A stretch of 64,000 nucleotides of DNA from positions 21,502 to 85,501 of the IMG/VR virus record IMGVR_UViG_3300028888_000007. One strand, 5' to 3'. Source of the stretch: a virus. Its lineage: Duplodnaviria; Caudoviricetes. Positions within the stretch are counted from its first letter, which is position 1. Each line of letters opens with the position of its first letter. A program made the position numbers and the translations under genes. The notes beneath the pieces are model-generated. The model searched no databases. It was given only the letters and a program-made list of their open reading frames with translations, and had not been told where the DNA came from. Of this stretch, positions 1 to 9,688 are shown piece by piece.

Positions 1-246
1 AATCCAGCCTTTTCAAGACACGAATATACCCATACGCTTCAGTGGAAAGAGCTTTGGTATGTTGGTTTTCTACCAATTTACTTTTATTTTTATTTAAAAA
101 ACAGACTTTGGTATGGTATGGACCATAAAAAAGCTTATAAGCATATACCATTAGAGGCTGAAGCTTATAATACTCAAAATACAGACTGGTATAATGAGCA
201 TCGAGAGAAGTTTGCTTGGAGGTATTACATTAAAATGTTAAAATAA
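1..246 (+). CDS. 5'-truncated hypothetical protein with HExxH motif (putative Zn-metallopeptidase-like)
   Basis: Frame +1 is open from base 1 to TAA at 244-246 (not in the ORF track): ..RHEYTHTLQWKELWYVGF..AYKHIPLEAEAY..; HExxH plus a downstream ExEAY. Confidence 0.65.
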   Translation, partial: NPAFSRHEYTHTLQWKELWYVGFLPIYFYFYLKNRLWYGMDHKKAYKHIPLEAEAYNTQNTDWYNEHREKFAWRYYIKMLK

Positions 247-247
247 T

Positions 248-1270
248 ATGAAAAAAACTAGAGTGTTAGGGGTTGCAGGTGGAGCAGGAGCTCTTCTGCA
301 TCCCTTTTTAAATGACAAAAATTACCAAATTCTCGGTAATATAGAGCCAAGAATGGTGTTTCACACTAAGAATGAAGAGAATTGGGAGCTTAATTTTGGT
401 AAAATACCGTTTAAAACCGAATTTTTTGACCTAAAGAAGCGTCCAAACATCATAGTTGGGAGCCCAGACTGTGGAGCTAGCTCCACTATGAGACTCTCAA
501 AAGTAAAAGAACTCGGTAACCCAGAGAAAAATAAGACCATTAACCTATTAATTCAGGCAGTTTTAACTTATAAACCCGAGATTTTTCTGTTAGAGAACGT
601 ACCTAAGCTCTTAAACTTAATGCCAACTGATGTATGGGAAAGTATTTTTAAAAAATATGACCTTATATTTCATAATCATTCTATGGCAGACCTTGGTAAT
701 TCACAAGTATCAAGGAAAAGGTTATTAATTATAGGGGTTAAAAAAGGTAATTCTAAGTTTAATAAAGAAAGTTTCCAAAAGATTTTCCAAGTTAATACCC
801 CAAAAGTCACTAGAAATTTACTGGAGGCAGCCTATTTTGAAGGAAATAATACCAATTATATGCCGCCGAAAAATAAAATAATGGCGATGTATGATTATCG
901 TAAACTACCTAAGAAAGAAAACCTTACGGTTAAAAGGATACACTACCTTTGGACCCATGACTTCAAATCAGAAAAGAAATGGCCTATTAAAACAGCTAAA
1001 ATGTCTACTCTCCCAGGAGTATATAGGTTAGAATCAGATAGGCCACCACTTACTGTAAGACCTGCAGATAGGCAATTTAGGCCTGATGGATGGCCTCTTG
1101 GAATAGTGGATATCAGGAATATTATGGGATTCCCTAAAACTTTTAAGGTTTACTACGATCCAGATGAACCCATTTATTGGATGAATAAGGCTAGGAATGT
1201 ATTTGCAAAGGGTGCCTGTTATGAGGTAGGATTATGGTTTAAGGATTGCCTGGATAACACTACCTTTTAA
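248..1270 (+). CDS. C5 cytosine DNA methyltransferase-like protein (degenerate motifs)
   Basis: Motif order matches C5-MTases: I-like VLGVAGGAG, IV GSPDCG, VI FLLENV, VIII QVSRKRLLIIG, IX-like IRNIMGFP. Confidence 0.75.
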   Translation: MKKTRVLGVAGGAGALLHPFLNDKNYQILGNIEPRMVFHTKNEENWELNFGKIPFKTEFFDLKKRPNIIVGSPDCGASSTMRLSKVKELGNPEKNKTINLLIQAVLTYKPEIFLLENVPKLLNLMPTDVWESIFKKYDLIFHNHSMADLGNSQVSRKRLLIIGVKKGNSKFNKESFQKIFQVNTPKVTRNLLEAAYFEGNNTNYMPPKNKIMAMYDYRKLPKKENLTVKRIHYLWTHDFKSEKKWPIKTAKMSTLPGVYRLESDRPPLTVRPADRQFRPDGWPLGIVDIRNIMGFPKTFKVYYDPDEPIYWMNKARNVFAKGACYEVGLWFKDCLDNTTF

Positions 1271-1282
1271 CATTTATTAACA

Positions 1283-1456
1283 AAAATATATAGATATATA
1301 ATAAGCAAAGCTTATATATCTATATATTTTTATAGGCCTTTATATATTAGCTTTAGCTATATATAAGAAAATCGTTAATAAGCTGATATTTAAGTTCTTT
1401 GCTTATTAGAGCTTTCTCGGTAAACCTCGAAAGCGATTGGCTGAAATCAGCCAATC
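1283..1456. repeat. Cluster of four consecutive inverted repeats in an AT-rich intergenic gap
   Basis: 1283-1330 long imperfect palindrome; 1340-1366 TTATATATTAGCT-TT-AGCTATATATAA; 1411-1434 GCTTTC..GAAAGC; 1435-1456 perfect GATTGGCTGA-AA-TCAGCCAATC. Confidence 0.8.
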
Positions 1457-1511
1457 AGAAGTTAGATATTAGAGCTATATAACTGTGTTAAATTTTAATT
1501 TCTATTGATAA

Positions 1512-2129
1512 ATGAAGTGGAAAATAATTAGCTTTCTGTTATTAGGGATTACTATTATCCTATGCTTTGGTTATTTAAACCAGAAGCGGGAGATCTCAAA
1601 ACTTAATGCACAATCGAAAGTTATAGGCAAAACCGATACCATTTATGTAAATAAGCCTTATAAACCAGAAAAAGAATATGGTACTCAGGTATTACCAAAA
1701 TATGTATTCTTTTATGGTAACATTGGTTCCGAAGAAAAAGAACTAAATAATAAAGCCGATACCTTTTCAAAAGGTGATTCTCTTGTTCAGATGCTTCTCA
1801 GTAAGAAAGATATAAGTCTTTCCTTTTTTAGGCCATCAACTGAATCTTTCTTCACTGAGAAGTTTAATTTAGACTTAGAGAATTTTTCATACAATTGGGT
1901 AAACGGAAAACTAACTCAGAAAAAAACAGGGTTTAAATTAAAGTTAGAACCCTATGTTTATGCCAAGTATCGATACTTTAATCGGATGGCAGATATGGGA
2001 ATAGGAATTTCATTCAAGACTCTAAACCTACAATATAAACTTGGTCTAAATGAATTTTATTATCCTTGCCTACAAGATAAATTGGGCACAGATCTAGAGT
2101 TTTCAATCACCTATAACTTGAGTAAATAA
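1512..2129 (+). CDS. Membrane-anchored hypothetical protein (possible lysis accessory)
   Basis: N-terminal hydrophobic helix (IISFLLLGITIILCFGYL); C-terminal alternating amphipathic beta-strand pattern. Confidence 0.5.
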   Translation: MKWKIISFLLLGITIILCFGYLNQKREISKLNAQSKVIGKTDTIYVNKPYKPEKEYGTQVLPKYVFFYGNIGSEEKELNNKADTFSKGDSLVQMLLSKKDISLSFFRPSTESFFTEKFNLDLENFSYNWVNGKLTQKKTGFKLKLEPYVYAKYRYFNRMADMGIGISFKTLNLQYKLGLNEFYYPCLQDKLGTDLEFSITYNLSK

Positions 2130-3628
2130 TGGCTAAGAAAATAGAAACTCCTAGTAGCTTAACCAAGGAAGAACTTAAAATCTTGGCAAAGGTTGCAAAC
2201 GATGTTTTCTTTTTCAGCACCTTCTGTTATGTAATACATCCGGTAAGGGGAAAAACCCATTTCTACCTCTACCCGTATCAGAAGTCAGTACTCTATCAAT
2301 TCGTTCTTCAGCGATTTAATATAATCCTGAAGTTTCGACAAGCCGGTATAACCGAGCTCATTTCAATGTACTGCCTCTGGTTAGCTATGTTCCATGACAA
2401 CAAGAAGATAAACATTATCTCCATCAAGGACACCGTTGCCAAAAAGGTACTACGCAAGATTAAGTACATGTACAAGAATCTCCCGTGGTATATGCAAACA
2501 CCGATCATTAACGGTCGTCCTGGAGAGTATGGCTCGGCCAGTACAATGGAATTCGCTAATGGTTCATTTATTGAATCTATACCGACATCACCAGAGGCTG
2601 GACGTTCAGAAGCTTTGACATTATTGGTTATCGATGAGGCAGCAATGGTACGGTGGGCTGGCCAGATTTGGGCAGCCGCACTTCCTACACTATCCACTGG
2701 TGGATCTGCTATCGTAAACTCTACACCATTGGGAATGGGTAATTTTTACCACTCCACTTGGGTAGATGCCATGGCTCATGCCAATGAGTTTAATCCTCTT
2801 CGTTTATACTGGAGAATGCACCCGGAACGAGATGATCGCTGGTATCAGACGATGTCAAAAAACCTTGGTGCACGACGAACGGCACAAGAGATAGATGGAG
2901 ACTTCCTTGGATCTGGTAACACTGTATTTGACCTGACTGATATCAAGGCAATCGAAGACTGTTTAACAGATTACCCTGCTATTGTAAAACGTATGAATGG
3001 CCAATATAGGCAATTCTGTAAACCGAAAGACAATATGGAGTATTTCATAGGAGCAGACGTTTCAACTGGTAGGTCAACTGACTACTCATCTTTTACCTGT
3101 ATGGATAAATCAGGAGAAGAACAATGCGTATATAAGGGTCGAATCCCAGTAGATAAGTATGCCCAACTCTTAGGAGATACAGGCAGATTGTTTAACTGGG
3201 CCCTTTTAGCTCCAGAGTCAAATGATGTTGGATTAGCAGTTACGTCAAAGTTACAGACCGAAGGATACCCTCGGCTGTATTACTATCAGAAGATGTTAAA
3301 AAAGAAAGGTAAGCATAAGCCAGAAGTAGATGCTTCTCCTGGCTGGCTTACAACTACCAAGAATAGAACTATCATAATTGAGGGACTTGAGGAAGACGTT
3401 CGAGAAGGTAACATAATAATCAAGGACCCATTTTTTGTACAAGAAGCTTATACCTTTATATATGACTCTTTAGGCAGACCTGTTGCTATGGGTAAACATA
3501 GATTGAATACCCAGGCAGCAGATGAAGGTGAAGACGATCTTGTATATGCAGATGATGATATTTTTGGTAAAGCCATCTGTAATCACATTCGCAAGAGTAA
3601 AACAAACATAGTAGTACAACCAAGATGA
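2129..3628 (+). CDS. terL: Terminase large subunit
   Basis: Walker A-like KFRQAGIT, Walker B LLVIDEAA, STPLG coupling motif, RNase H-fold nuclease IGADVSTG / ESND / DDDIFG. Confidence 0.95.
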   Translation: MAKKIETPSSLTKEELKILAKVANDVFFFSTFCYVIHPVRGKTHFYLYPYQKSVLYQFVLQRFNIILKFRQAGITELISMYCLWLAMFHDNKKINIISIKDTVAKKVLRKIKYMYKNLPWYMQTPIINGRPGEYGSASTMEFANGSFIESIPTSPEAGRSEALTLLVIDEAAMVRWAGQIWAAALPTLSTGGSAIVNSTPLGMGNFYHSTWVDAMAHANEFNPLRLYWRMHPERDDRWYQTMSKNLGARRTAQEIDGDFLGSGNTVFDLTDIKAIEDCLTDYPAIVKRMNGQYRQFCKPKDNMEYFIGADVSTGRSTDYSSFTCMDKSGEEQCVYKGRIPVDKYAQLLGDTGRLFNWALLAPESNDVGLAVTSKLQTEGYPRLYYYQKMLKKKGKHKPEVDASPGWLTTTKNRTIIIEGLEEDVREGNIIIKDPFFVQEAYTFIYDSLGRPVAMGKHRLNTQAADEGEDDLVYADDDIFGKAICNHIRKSKTNIVVQPR

Positions 3629-5118
3629 AGAACCCCTTTGTATTCTGGAGAAAAAAACCTAAGCTTGAATCTCCACCTCTTGTTGAAAATAACAAGGAGG
3701 GAATTAAATCAAAGGTATCTTCTATATCTCCTGGTCGGGTATCTGTCCCGGAAGATTCTACAGACTTTACTTCTACTTTACATGGTCTTACTCAAATGGT
3801 AACCCCATCATTTAGAGTAGAGGTAATTCAGTTGATTCGTAGGTTATATAAGGTTAATCCTGATATGGCAATCGCTATTCAGGAAACCTTTAAACTTGCG
3901 AACACTGGTCATATGATTACCTTCCCGAACAACACAGATCAGGAAGCAGAAAAGATGAGAAACCACCTCAAAGAAGCTACTAAGAAGTGGTCTGCTTACT
4001 CTGCAGGTATAGATGGCCTTGTAAACAAAATGATTGTCCAACTTATGGTTGGAGGAGCTATTTCCGTAGAAGGAGTTCCTAACAATGATTTGGATGGTTT
4101 GGCAACAATTCTCTTTCTTAAGCCAGATAACATAAGGTTCAAGAGAGAGAATAATGGTGTTTATCAACCTTATCAACGTAATGAGAACTTCATGGTCAAG
4201 AATCTTGATTACATTAAGCTAAACACAGAAACCTATGTTTATGCTGGTATGTACAATGATACTGATGAACCATACGGAATTCCGCCATTTATGTCATCAC
4301 TTGACTCAATTAAAGGTCAACATGACATGATGACAAACTTTAAACATATCATGGAGCAGATGGGATTCCTTGGATTCTTATCAGCTAAAGTTGCTAAACC
4401 TGACCCATATCCTGATGAGAATAAGAATAGGTATGAGGCTAGGCTTAATCGTACTCTTCTTCAGACTAAACAGAATCTGAAAGATGGTATGAAAGATGGT
4501 TTGGTAGTAGGTTATATGGATGACCATGAGTTTGATATGACTTCTACTACTAAAGATCTTGGCAGTGCTGATAAGCTTTGGAATCTTAACCAGCAGAGAG
4601 TTGCTAATGGTCTAGGTATCAATGGCAATATCATTGGAGTTAATGGAGCTAATACTGAAGGTGGTATGGGTATTATCCTTTCTAAGATGATATCTCAGCT
4701 TCGTAACATTCAGATGATAGTATCTTATGTGTTGGAGTTCCTTTATAACCTTGAGCTTCGTTTAGCGGGCTTTAATAATAAGGGAATAAAGATTACATGG
4801 GCTACCTCAACTATTGCTGATGATGTCAAAGTACAACAGGCATTGCAGTATAAGATAGCTAATTTGAACGCTCTATATAGAGATGGTATCATAGGTCAGG
4901 CTCAATATGCTTGGGAAATGGGTTATGATTCTCCGGATCAGGATGAACCTCGAGTAGATCCAGAGGATCAAGCTGGTGTAAAGAAGGAGAACTATGATCC
5001 TGATGACCCTGCTAGTAAAAAGAAAGATCAGGATAACGAGAATAAATCTGCTCGTAGGTCCAGGGATAAATCTAAATCTGCTCCAAAACGTGGAGATCAA
5101 AAATCAAATCCAAGATAA
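3625..5118 (+). CDS. Portal protein
   Basis: Directly after terL with ATGA overlap; ~500 aa helical protein; PYGIPPF motif; charged C-terminal tail. Confidence 0.85.
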   Translation: MKNPFVFWRKKPKLESPPLVENNKEGIKSKVSSISPGRVSVPEDSTDFTSTLHGLTQMVTPSFRVEVIQLIRRLYKVNPDMAIAIQETFKLANTGHMITFPNNTDQEAEKMRNHLKEATKKWSAYSAGIDGLVNKMIVQLMVGGAISVEGVPNNDLDGLATILFLKPDNIRFKRENNGVYQPYQRNENFMVKNLDYIKLNTETYVYAGMYNDTDEPYGIPPFMSSLDSIKGQHDMMTNFKHIMEQMGFLGFLSAKVAKPDPYPDENKNRYEARLNRTLLQTKQNLKDGMKDGLVVGYMDDHEFDMTSTTKDLGSADKLWNLNQQRVANGLGINGNIIGVNGANTEGGMGIILSKMISQLRNIQMIVSYVLEFLYNLELRLAGFNNKGIKITWATSTIADDVKVQQALQYKIANLNALYRDGIIGQAQYAWEMGYDSPDQDEPRVDPEDQAGVKKENYDPDDPASKKKDQDNENKSARRSRDKSKSAPKRGDQKSNPR

Positions 5119-6615
5119 ATGCCACCAGTAATTTTACACAAAAACCCTGAACAGTATGATTCAATGGTAATTGGTCAGGGTCACTCTATCTTGGTTGGTA
5201 ATTTGCCAGAACCCGTAGATGCTCAGGAGTTTAATGAGAAGTTCTATGAGTGGCATAAGCCAACTCAGGAGTCAATTCAACAGCTTGGATTGTTTGGAGG
5301 TAATATTAATTACCATACATATTATCCAGAGCTCAAAGAGGAAGACTTAAAACCAAAGGAAGAAGAATTTATTGAACCAGTCTTTAGACTCTTGTCGGCA
5401 ACCATAGTAAGTAAAAATTGGATGCCTACTGATTTTGGTCAAGGCGATGTTTTAAAGCGGTCCATTAAATTAATGCTTGGGCAAACTGTTAACTGCGACC
5501 ATGAAACTGATATCGGTAATGCCATTGGTGCCGTATCTAAAGTTATGTGGCAGGAAGCTTACAAGGATGGTAACATCTATGTACCTGCTGGTATGAACGG
5601 AGTACTTAAGATAGATGGTAAGGCAAATCCTCGTATTGCTAGGGGAATCCTGATGGAACCACCTTCTATTCACAGTAACTCTGTAACAGTACAATTCGCT
5701 TGGGACAAGTCTCACCCAGAAATGGATGATAACGAGTTCTGGGATAAGATTGGTACTTACGATTCTAAAGGTAACATGGTACGAAGGATAGTTACTAATG
5801 TTGTACGCTACCTGGAAACCTCTCTTGTATCTCATGGTGCTGATTCGTATGCTCAGAAGATTGGAGCTGATGGTAAGATAGTTAATCCTGGTTTTGCTAA
5901 CAGAACTTGGAATAGTTACTCTGAATATCAGAAAGAGTCACCAAAAGTGTATTCTTTCCAAGATTCTAAAGAGTTGGGTAAACAAGATGAAAACCTTGAC
6001 GATACTCTACATTTAGATAATAAGGATCCGAAAAATAGTGAACCAAAAAATAATTCGAAAATGAATCAGGAATTAAAAGAATTTCTCGAAAAGCTTTTTG
6101 GTGAGAATATGCTTCAGCTTGGTGAAGGTCAGGAAGCTAGCGTTGAACTTGCCCTCCAGTTGGTAGGTACCGCTGTAAAAAACCTGGCTTCTCTCAAGGA
6201 TCAGCTTACCACCAAAGACAATGAGATTACGTCTCTTCAGGCAGAAGTTGCCAAGAAGGACACAGAGATTGCCAACCTGAATGAGATGGCTACTGTAGGT
6301 AAGAATCACATTGCTTCTCTCCGTGAGAGCACTGTTGCTACTTATAAGAAGCTTGCAGGTGAGCATGTAGATGAAACCATCGTTACGATGATCAATGCTG
6401 AGACCACAGGCCTTCAGACCCTTCTCTCTTTGAAGAAGGATTATGAGGCCCGTTTGGAGGAGAAGTTCCCTCTCCATTGTGCTAAGTGTGGTTCTCATGA
6501 CATCAATCGTGCATCTTCGGCCGAGGAGAAACACGATGAAACCACTAAGAATCAGGAGCAGCTTGGAGATACTAAGTCAGCCCTTGATAAGCTGTATCGA
6601 AACAAAATTTCATAA
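5119..6615 (+). CDS. Prohead protease fused to scaffold coiled coil
   Basis: Between portal and capsid genes; NCDHET and ETSLVSHGAD resemble HK97-type protease His/Ser motifs; C-terminal heptad coiled coil. Confidence 0.8.
   Translation: MPPVILHKNPEQYDSMVIGQGHSILVGNLPEPVDAQEFNEKFYEWHKPTQESIQQLGLFGGNINYHTYYPELKEEDLKPKEEEFIEPVFRLLSATIVSKNWMPTDFGQGDVLKRSIKLMLGQTVNCDHETDIGNAIGAVSKVMWQEAYKDGNIYVPAGMNGVLKIDGKANPRIARGILMEPPSIHSNSVTVQFAWDKSHPEMDDNEFWDKIGTYDSKGNMVRRIVTNVVRYLETSLVSHGADSYAQKIGADGKIVNPGFANRTWNSYSEYQKESPKVYSFQDSKELGKQDENLDDTLHLDNKDPKNSEPKNNSKMNQELKEFLEKLFGENMLQLGEGQEASVELALQLVGTAVKNLASLKDQLTTKDNEITSLQAEVAKKDTEIANLNEMATVGKNHIASLRESTVATYKKLAGEHVDETIVTMINAETTGLQTLLSLKKDYEARLEEKFPLHCAKCGSHDINRASSAEEKHDETTKNQEQLGDTKSALDKLYRNKIS
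5999..6009 (+). promoter_or_regulatory. Candidate late-promoter motif ACGATACTCTA (copy 1)
   Basis: Identical 11-mer at 20304-20314; both copies end 52 nt before an ATG (6061 and 20366). Confidence 0.4.
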
Positions 6616-6637
6616 ATAATTAAAAATAGGAAACAAT

Positions 6638-7156
6638 ATGGATATTATGAGCACTCGAGAGGGTAAACTTACTCTCTATGGTCAGAAGACTCCACGGGTT
6701 TCGATCTATAAGCACGAATCCCACAAACTTCATCAGGCATTCAATGTAAAAGAAGGTGCTACCATTGTTCAGGGTATGCCTGTTGCATTAACTAAAGAAG
6801 GTGCTGCTAACCTTCCTGTAATTGAACCTTATACCGGTACTGGAGTATATCTAGGTATTGCCGTTACTGATTCTGTAACTCCTGCTTATGCTGGTCAGCG
6901 TGCTTACCCAAAGGAGGTAACTGTAGCAGTAGAAGGATTTGCTATCTGCCACTATGCAGCTGCTGCTGCTATCTTTCCTGGTTGGGTAAAGCCTAAGCTT
7001 ACCTCTGGTGCTGTAACGGTTATGGATAATCGTTATACTGCTGTTGAACAGTCAGAGTCTTCTGGTTCTCCAGTTGAGAGTAACTTTATTGCTTTGGCTC
7101 CTGCTTCTGCTCCTGCAAGCGGTGCTTATGAGTTGGTACCTGTTCTCGTACGTTAA
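6638..7156 (+). CDS. Head decoration/cement protein
   Basis: Small beta-rich Ala/Gly/Val protein directly upstream of the major capsid gene (GMPVAL..YLGIAVTD..VTVAVEGF). Confidence 0.6.
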   Translation: MDIMSTREGKLTLYGQKTPRVSIYKHESHKLHQAFNVKEGATIVQGMPVALTKEGAANLPVIEPYTGTGVYLGIAVTDSVTPAYAGQRAYPKEVTVAVEGFAICHYAAAAAIFPGWVKPKLTSGAVTVMDNRYTAVEQSESSGSPVESNFIALAPASAPASGAYELVPVLVR

Positions 7157-7179
7157 ATTAAAATTATTGAATAAATAAT

Positions 7180-8298
7180 ATGGAAACAAAAATTGATATC
7201 ACCAAGATGCAGGCCGAAGACTTCAAGAAGGAGTTTAAGAGTATGGTCCTCTCCCTAGAGAGTGTACGTGCCGGAGGCCAGAACAAGAAACCAGTAGACA
7301 TTTCCTTTGAGGAACTGGTGCAGGGTAAGTGGGGTATCTCTCTTGCAACTCTGTTTGAGAAGATCGATATGAACCCCAAAGTTGACACGATGCAGAATAT
7401 CTTCGATATGCCTAACCAGGATATTCGTTGGATTGTCCCTGAGATCATCCGTGCTGCCATCACCACAGGTATGCGTGAGGCTCCGTTCTATCCAACTATT
7501 ATTCAGGGAGATCAGCCCATCAACGGTTTGACCGCAATTCAGCCGTGGGTGAACATGTCGGATGCTGCTCCTGCTAAGATTAACGAGGCTGAGACAATTC
7601 CTCTTGGTACCGTTTCGTTCGGTCAGAAGAGTGTTACCCTCTTTAAGATTGGTAAGGGATTCAAGCTCACCGACGAGGTTCGTAACTACGTTTCTATCGA
7701 CATCCTCGGTATCTACCTGCGTGACTTCGGTATTCAGCTGGGTTATGCTCTGGATACTCTGGCTCTGGATACTCTTCTCCTTGGTAACAAGGCTGATGGT
7801 TCAGAGGCTGCCGATGTAGTTGGTGTAACTACGGCTAATACCCTTACTTATAAGGATATGCTCCGTATCTGGATCCGTGGTGCACGTATCGGACGTAACT
7901 TCACCACAATGATTTCCGCTGAGGATATCGCTCTGAGTCTCCTTGATCTGCCTGAGTTCAAGCAGCGCAGCCAGGGTACTACAGAGGCAACCTTGAATCT
8001 CCATACTCCTGTGCCCAACACAGCTGATATGTGGATCCATCCGGGAGTTCCTGCAAACGACATCGTGATGATTGATCCTCGTGCTGCTCTGGTTAAGCTG
8101 ACTGCTAAGCAGTTGATGCTTGAGTCTGAGCGCATCGTTTCGAACCAGACAGAGGCTGTCTATGCAACCCTGACCACTGGCTTCTCCAAGATCTATAACG
8201 ATTCAGTTCTCGTACTCGATACGACCAAGGCCTTCGCAAGCTATGGATTCCCCGAGTATATGAACAAGGATCCTTACATGCTGGTGAACCTCGAGTAA
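7180..8298 (+). CDS. Major capsid protein (HK97 fold)
   Basis: 372 aa, canonical position; INEAETIP, KIGKGFKLTDEV, GIQLGYALDTLAL resemble HK97-fold elements; strongly biased codon usage. Confidence 0.9.
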   Translation: METKIDITKMQAEDFKKEFKSMVLSLESVRAGGQNKKPVDISFEELVQGKWGISLATLFEKIDMNPKVDTMQNIFDMPNQDIRWIVPEIIRAAITTGMREAPFYPTIIQGDQPINGLTAIQPWVNMSDAAPAKINEAETIPLGTVSFGQKSVTLFKIGKGFKLTDEVRNYVSIDILGIYLRDFGIQLGYALDTLALDTLLLGNKADGSEAADVVGVTTANTLTYKDMLRIWIRGARIGRNFTTMISAEDIALSLLDLPEFKQRSQGTTEATLNLHTPVPNTADMWIHPGVPANDIVMIDPRAALVKLTAKQLMLESERIVSNQTEAVYATLTTGFSKIYNDSVLVLDTTKAFASYGFPEYMNKDPYMLVNLE

Positions 8299-8316
8299 AA
8301 ACGTTTTGGATCATTT

Positions 8317-8360
8317 GAGAGGGAGCCGGCCCCATTCTAAAGGTCTACCGCTCACCTCTC
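8317..8360 (+). other. Stem-loop downstream of the capsid gene
   Basis: GAGAGGGAGCCGG pairs with CCGCTCACCTCTC (with bulges); no U tract. Confidence 0.45.
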
Positions 8361-8401
8361 TCTTGGTCCGTTTAACCACCTAAACAATAGGAGAAAATAT
8401 T

Positions 8402-8788
8402 ATGCCAAAATTTATCACATTAGGTCCCAAAGCTAATGGCTTTTTCGACCAGACAACGGGTATCACCATTGCACGTGGTGAGAAAGTAGAGATTAACGAT
8501 CGTCAGTTGAGATCACGTCGTATTGCTATGGCTCTCAATTCAGGTCATCTGGTATTCGCTCAGCCTGATCAGGAAGTTAAGAAGGAGAAGGAAATAGACC
8601 TTCAGAAGCTTGACAAGAAGTTGAAGGCTCAGTATGAAAAGGGTGTAACCCTGGACAAGATGTCTAAGGATATTACGATGGATCAGGCTAAAGCTTTGGC
8701 TGAAACCCACGAAATTGAAGTTGCCGAAGGTGACACTGTAAAGGATATCATTGAGGCAATCATCGAAGACTTTAAAGAAGAGAAGTAA
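8402..8788 (+). CDS. Hypothetical head-associated protein
   Basis: 128-aa ORF between capsid and adaptor genes; C-terminal short helical domain. Confidence 0.55.
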   Translation: MPKFITLGPKANGFFDQTTGITIARGEKVEINDRQLRSRRIAMALNSGHLVFAQPDQEVKKEKEIDLQKLDKKLKAQYEKGVTLDKMSKDITMDQAKALAETHEIEVAEGDTVKDIIEAIIEDFKEEK

Positions 8789-8791
8789 AAT

Positions 8792-9688
8792 ATGAACCTA
8801 GCTTTCGTATATGTTGCGAAAGGCTTGGAAGTTTCTTTTAAGGTACTGAACAAAGTCCCAGCCGATGCAACAGTTGGCTGGGACTTTGGTGTTGTTGGAG
8901 GAGAAAGTTCAGAACTTAATCCTACCTTCACCTATGAAAGTCCTGGCTATTACACCGCAACACTTACAGTCACTGAGCATCCTGTAGGAGGAGAACCAGT
9001 AGTTTCAGAAGTATCACAGATCCTATTAGTTTCTGATGGAGATGTGAAAACTCATCTGAATGACTCCATATATAACCTCATTGACTTATATGTACCTGCT
9101 AACTTGGTAGATGATGGTATGACTTTGCAACAGAAGACAACCTTCATTCAAAAGTGGCAATTATATTTAGGTCCTCTAGTGAATCATTGTATTCCTATAG
9201 AAGAATATACTAATGAACTTTACTATGAAGGACTAGAAAACCAGCTGGTAATGGAATTGGCAGTGTGGGATTTTCTTAATATGCAGATTGTTTCCTTACT
9301 TACAGGAACTGGGCAATATATTGATTCCCTTACTTACCAATCCACTAATGTTCATGGTGAAGGTGAGGAAGAAGAACCAACTGGTGATGATCAGGCTACT
9401 GCGGGTAGAGTAAAGAGAATTCAGACTGGTCCAACAGAGGTAGAATACTTCGATGAACTATCTGATTCACTTTCAACCTTGTACAAGGCCTATTCAGAAG
9501 CTCTTAAACCTAACGGTATTATAGATGTCCTTCGGCAAAACCTTTGTAATCTAGCTTCTAGATTACGTATCTTCCTACCTATGTGTGACAATGCTTATAA
9601 ACCTGTTAAGGTACCAAGAGTTGTTAATCGTAGACATCCAAAAGGTATAGATGGTCCCAATCCACCTACAATTTTAACTCATGGGTAA
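8792..9688 (+). CDS. PKD (Ig-like) domain + head-tail adaptor
   Basis: WDFG..NPTFTYESPGYYTATLTV is a PKD signature; helical C-terminal part with RVKRIQTGPTEVEYF resembles adaptor proteins. Confidence 0.7.
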   Translation: MNLAFVYVAKGLEVSFKVLNKVPADATVGWDFGVVGGESSELNPTFTYESPGYYTATLTVTEHPVGGEPVVSEVSQILLVSDGDVKTHLNDSIYNLIDLYVPANLVDDGMTLQQKTTFIQKWQLYLGPLVNHCIPIEEYTNELYYEGLENQLVMELAVWDFLNMQIVSLLTGTGQYIDSLTYQSTNVHGEGEEEEPTGDDQATAGRVKRIQTGPTEVEYFDELSDSLSTLYKAYSEALKPNGIIDVLRQNLCNLASRLRIFLPMCDNAYKPVKVPRVVNRRHPKGIDGPNPPTILTHG

